Source: the human T2T-CHM13v2.0 reference genome, Homo sapiens. From it: a stretch of DNA of 64,000 bases. A program made the position numbers and the translations under genes. The DNA lies in assembly GCF_009914755.1 (NCBI RefSeq), contig NC_060944.1, one strand, 5' to 3'. Below are positions 60,672-64,000 of this stretch, piece by piece. The number at the start of each line of letters is the position of its first letter. Position 1 is the stretch's first letter. The notes beneath the pieces were generated by a model that ran no database searches, had not been told where the DNA came from, and was given only the letters and a program-made list of their open reading frames with translations.

Positions 60672-61208
60672 TTGGACTTTGTTTCCATGTTGGGTCCTAA
60701 AGTCTCCTGTGGAAAGAACTACACGTCAATCGCTGTCTATTTAGTGTCTAGGGGATCTGATGAGAGCAGCTCAGTCCCTGGAGTCTGCTCCACTCTGCAA
60801 GCACAGATGGAATCTACGTCCTGGCGAGCTCCACCGAGGCCTGGCCCCTGCCTGTGGACACAACCAGCCCCCTCCTCCTGGTCTGACCAGGACCTCAGAC
60901 CAAAGCACCAGCCCAGCTTCTGGGGCAGCTGCCTGGGCCCCCTCCTCTCCCTGACCCCCTCGCCAGGGGCTGCTGCAGCTGAAGGCTTGGGTTTCCAGCC
61001 CCTGGCTGCTCTCTCCCTGTTCTGAAGCTGAGGTCTCCAAAAGTGGCAGCAGCTCCCCTGATGGCCTTGCTGTGGCCGCATCAGCTCCCAGGTACTCCTG
61101 TGATCTCCACACCACCAGGACAAGGAGGCTTCATAAAGGAACTGCAGAAACTCTGCCTGTGTGCACATCCCCAGACAGCCAAGAACTCAGAGGGAGGCGA
61201 TGCTACTG

Positions 61209-61214
61209 TTTAAT
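61209..61214 (-). terminator. CST4: CST4 polyadenylation signal (ATTAAA variant)
   Basis: TTTAAT on the + strand, aligned with the CST3 AATAAA in the same context (gatgctactRtttWattgcaggagg). Confidence 0.8.
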
Positions 61215-61449
61215 TGCAGGAGGTGGGGGTGTGTGTACCATGTACCAGGTCTATTAGAAGCAAGAAGGAAGGAGGGAGGGCAGAGCGCCCTGCTGAGCAA
61301 CAAAGGACTCCTGCAGCCTTCTCTGTCTGTCTCTTGGCACAGGCACATGGGGAGGCCTCCCGCAGGGTGGGGGCCACCAGTCCAGGGGTGGGAGCACTAC
61401 AGTGGGTGGGAGTGGGTGGTGGTCGGTGTGACTGGCCTGGCACAGACCC

Positions 61450-61533
61450 CTAGGCTTCTTGACACCTGGAATTCACCAGGGACATTCTGTCCTCCCAGGG
61501 AACTTCGTAGATCTCGAAAGAGCACAACTGTTT
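61450..61533 (-). CDS. CST4: Cystatin S coding exon 3
   Basis: Acceptor TTCACAG|AAA. Translates KQLCSFEIYEVPWEDRMSLVNSRCQEA*. The combination of FEIY and EDRMSLVNSRCQEA matches cystatin S rather than SA or SN. Confidence 0.96.
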   Translation of the reverse strand, partial: KQLCSFEIYEVPWEDRMSLVNSRCQEA

Positions 61534-62643
61534 CTGTGAAAGGGAAGAGAGAGGGCCAATCAGTGTGGGTTACAGTTAAAGGGGAAGATGCCCAGGCATG
61601 AGATGTCACAGCCTGGGTGAGGAGGATGGAGGTGAGACACTGCACCCTCACCCACCCCTGCTGAGTCCCAGAGCACTGAACTAGAATGAGTAGTGACTGT
61701 ACCATTACCCCTCCCAAGGCTCCAAGTCACCAGGTGGCATTGGGCCCCCACCCCAGCCTGCAGTGTCCTGTCCCATCACAGCCCTGTGAGGAGCAGCCTG
61801 GGCAAGGCCTCGGGAGCCCCAAGGGTGCAGGACATGGGGAGGTGGCTCAGTTCCCCCAGCTCCTTCCACCTCCAGCACCCAGGCCAGCACTAAGAGGGGC
61901 CAGAGGGAAGAACCCAGGGCAGGGCAACTCCCCCTCAAAGAGCTGGGGCATGGGTCAAGGGCAACAAGGGGAGTGCCGCTCTCCCCTGAGTGGAGACCTC
62001 ACAAGAACCAGCAGGTTCTTGGAGAGGCTGGTGTTGGGTGAGCCGGGCAGGTCCAGGGCTTCCCAGCTAACAGGCCTCTAGGTCCCACTAATCTGATTGT
62101 GGCTTTGGCTGCATGCAGGTGCCTGAGGCTGGGATTAGACAGATCCCCTTCTCCCTGCCCAGCACCCAGCCCCGCAGGTGATTCTTCCTGTCCAACAGGC
62201 AACACCCCAAAGCAGGCAGTTGACCTTCTAGTAACCATTCCCAAGCTAAAGCCTTCCTAGCAAATCAAACACATCACCCCCTCCCTCACCACCCCATCTG
62301 CACACACATAGGCAACTACGTAAACTCACTTGGACCCCTCATCCCCATGGATCTATGTACAAACCCCCATACTTCCGCCACACACCCACACACAGGCACA
62401 CATGCTTCCATACACCTACCCGCACACACTGGCACATGTGTGTACACACGTGCACCTTTCCACATGCACACCTACATGCACACCCCCCCATAAGTACATG
62501 AACACGTACACATCCATGCATACACGGCTCCCCACATACCCACCTGCACACACACACCGTCCAAACATGGGTAGGACAGAGGCTGACACATACGCACCCC
62601 TCTGCAGTGCATGACTGGCCCGGGACCCGCATCAGGAACGTAC

Positions 62644-62757
62644 CTTCTGCAGTTCTGGCTGTTCATGGAAGGCACAGGTGTCCAAGTTGGGCTGGGACTT
62701 GGTACATATGGTGCGGCCCACCTCTACGTCGAAGAAGTAATTCACCCCCCCAAAGGT
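62644..62757 (-). CDS. CST4: Cystatin S coding exon 2 (exon 1 lies beyond the window end)
   Basis: Acceptor GTGCAG|ACC and donor AAG|GTACGT. 114 nt translating [42 protein letters not shown] identifies cystatin S (SN has TVGG, SA has IVGG). Confidence 0.96.
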
Positions 62758-64000
62758 CTGCACACAGGAGAAAACAGGAAGCACGGACAGCGCCCCCATC
62801 AGTTCATGCACTCACAGGCACTTCACTGTGGCTGAGTCACTGGACTTGCTTGGGGGCTTCGTGAGCTGCCCACATGTCAACACAAGGCACACAAGCCCCC
62901 TCTTCCTGTCAGCTGGCAGGGTGCTGAGCCTCATGCCCGCTCTTAAACATCGTTTTCTCTGTGCTGGGTAAGAGGATTCATTGAATTCTGCTACCTGTGG
63001 CTCAGGGGTGAGGGAACACTGACTCTTTTCTAGGAAGGCTGTCTGATGACAAAATTTCAGCTAACTCACGAAAATCTTATTCCCTCCATTTAACCTAGAT
63101 TTATTACTTCACTTAGAGTAGGAAATGAGATGCTTCACACACACAGATATTTTGGGTCAATGGGGCCGCCCAGATGCCACCATTTCAAGTGTGAGGTTCA
63201 AGATACGTTTCTCAAGTCAGCAGCACACCTGAGTGTCTTACAATTGCAGATTATAATTGAACCCTTTCCCTGCACAGGGCCTCTCCCAGACACTACGTGG
63301 CAGAGCTGTGGAGAAACCTGGGATGAGGGACTCTTTGGAACCAGGAGGAACTGCTGAGATCCCTCGAGTATCAGTTTACCCATGTATAAAATAGGCTTCC
63401 AGGTCTGATGGTCTGCAATGCCCTGTGCTTCACTCCAAGTTACTGTCATGCTTAAGAGGGAGATGCAGGCCAGCGGGGACCATGGCACCAGGGAGTGCAC
63501 CTCCTGTGCAGGGTGAGGGCTCCAGCTGACAGCTGTAGGAGGAGAAACGGGACTGGTCTGGATTCCTTTGAATTTCTAGAAGGTGGAGGAGCTCTAAAGG
63601 CTGTGTCACTATTTGCTGCTCTGCCATGGGATGCAGGTCAAGCTGGGCCCAGTTGCCCTGCTGAAGCTCACTCTGGACCTAACCCCTCCTCTGCTCTGCT
63701 GGGTGACTGCTGTCCTCATCTGGCTGAGGTCTAACTCTGCATCAGCTCGTAGAGGCAGGGCCAGGCGTGCTCCACCCCAGCAGGGACTCAGCCATCCTGG
63801 CCTGCAGGGGTGGGTCAGCCTGCCTGAGGGTGAAGGCCACTAGCCCTAAGGGGCTGTGCCCAAGGGCATGACTTGGGGAAGGAAGAAGGGCTCTGCAGAA
63901 CAGGGAGCCAGGTTCCCATGTGGCCCCTGAGGAGAGGACTCAGGGAGGAGAATGAGCCTCACCGCCTGGATCTCATCCTGAGCAGCATCAAGCCCACCCA

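Larger units (their letters stand above)
59580..64000 (+). repeat. Paralogous duplicated block, copy B (CST4), runs off the window end
   Basis: Direct-orientation homolog of 7730-12263. Confidence 0.9.

Overview
Human (primate) genomic DNA from the type-2 cystatin cluster; the CST3-CST4 arrangement corresponds to chr20p11.21. Both genes lie on the minus strand. CST3 (cystatin C) is complete: three coding exons at 13196-13438, 10830-10943 and 9492-9575 give 146 aa with GT-AG introns, plus a CpG island, an ATAAAA TATA-like box and an AATAAA signal. Only the 3' part of CST4 (cystatin S) is present: exon 2 at 62644-62757 and exon 3 at 61450-61533, with exon 1 beyond the window end. The two genes share a paralogous block of about 4.5 kb (7730-12263 vs 59580-64000). 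The roughly 45 kb between them is mostly interspersed repeats: Alu, L1, L2, MIR, ERV solo LTRs, a near full-length Tigger1, MER DNA transposons and microsatellites. Repeat subfamily names come from recognising consensus sequences by eye, and many boundaries are approximate. I found no convincing new gene or biological system. The most noteworthy observations are: (i) a non-coding 3' tract that is far more identical between CST3 and CST4 than their coding exons are, possibly from gene conversion; (ii) a perfect 36-bp-arm palindrome inside ancient repeats at 26949-27025; (iii) nested transposon stacks; and (iv) a ~730-bp polypurine/polypyrimidine tract at the CST3 promoter.
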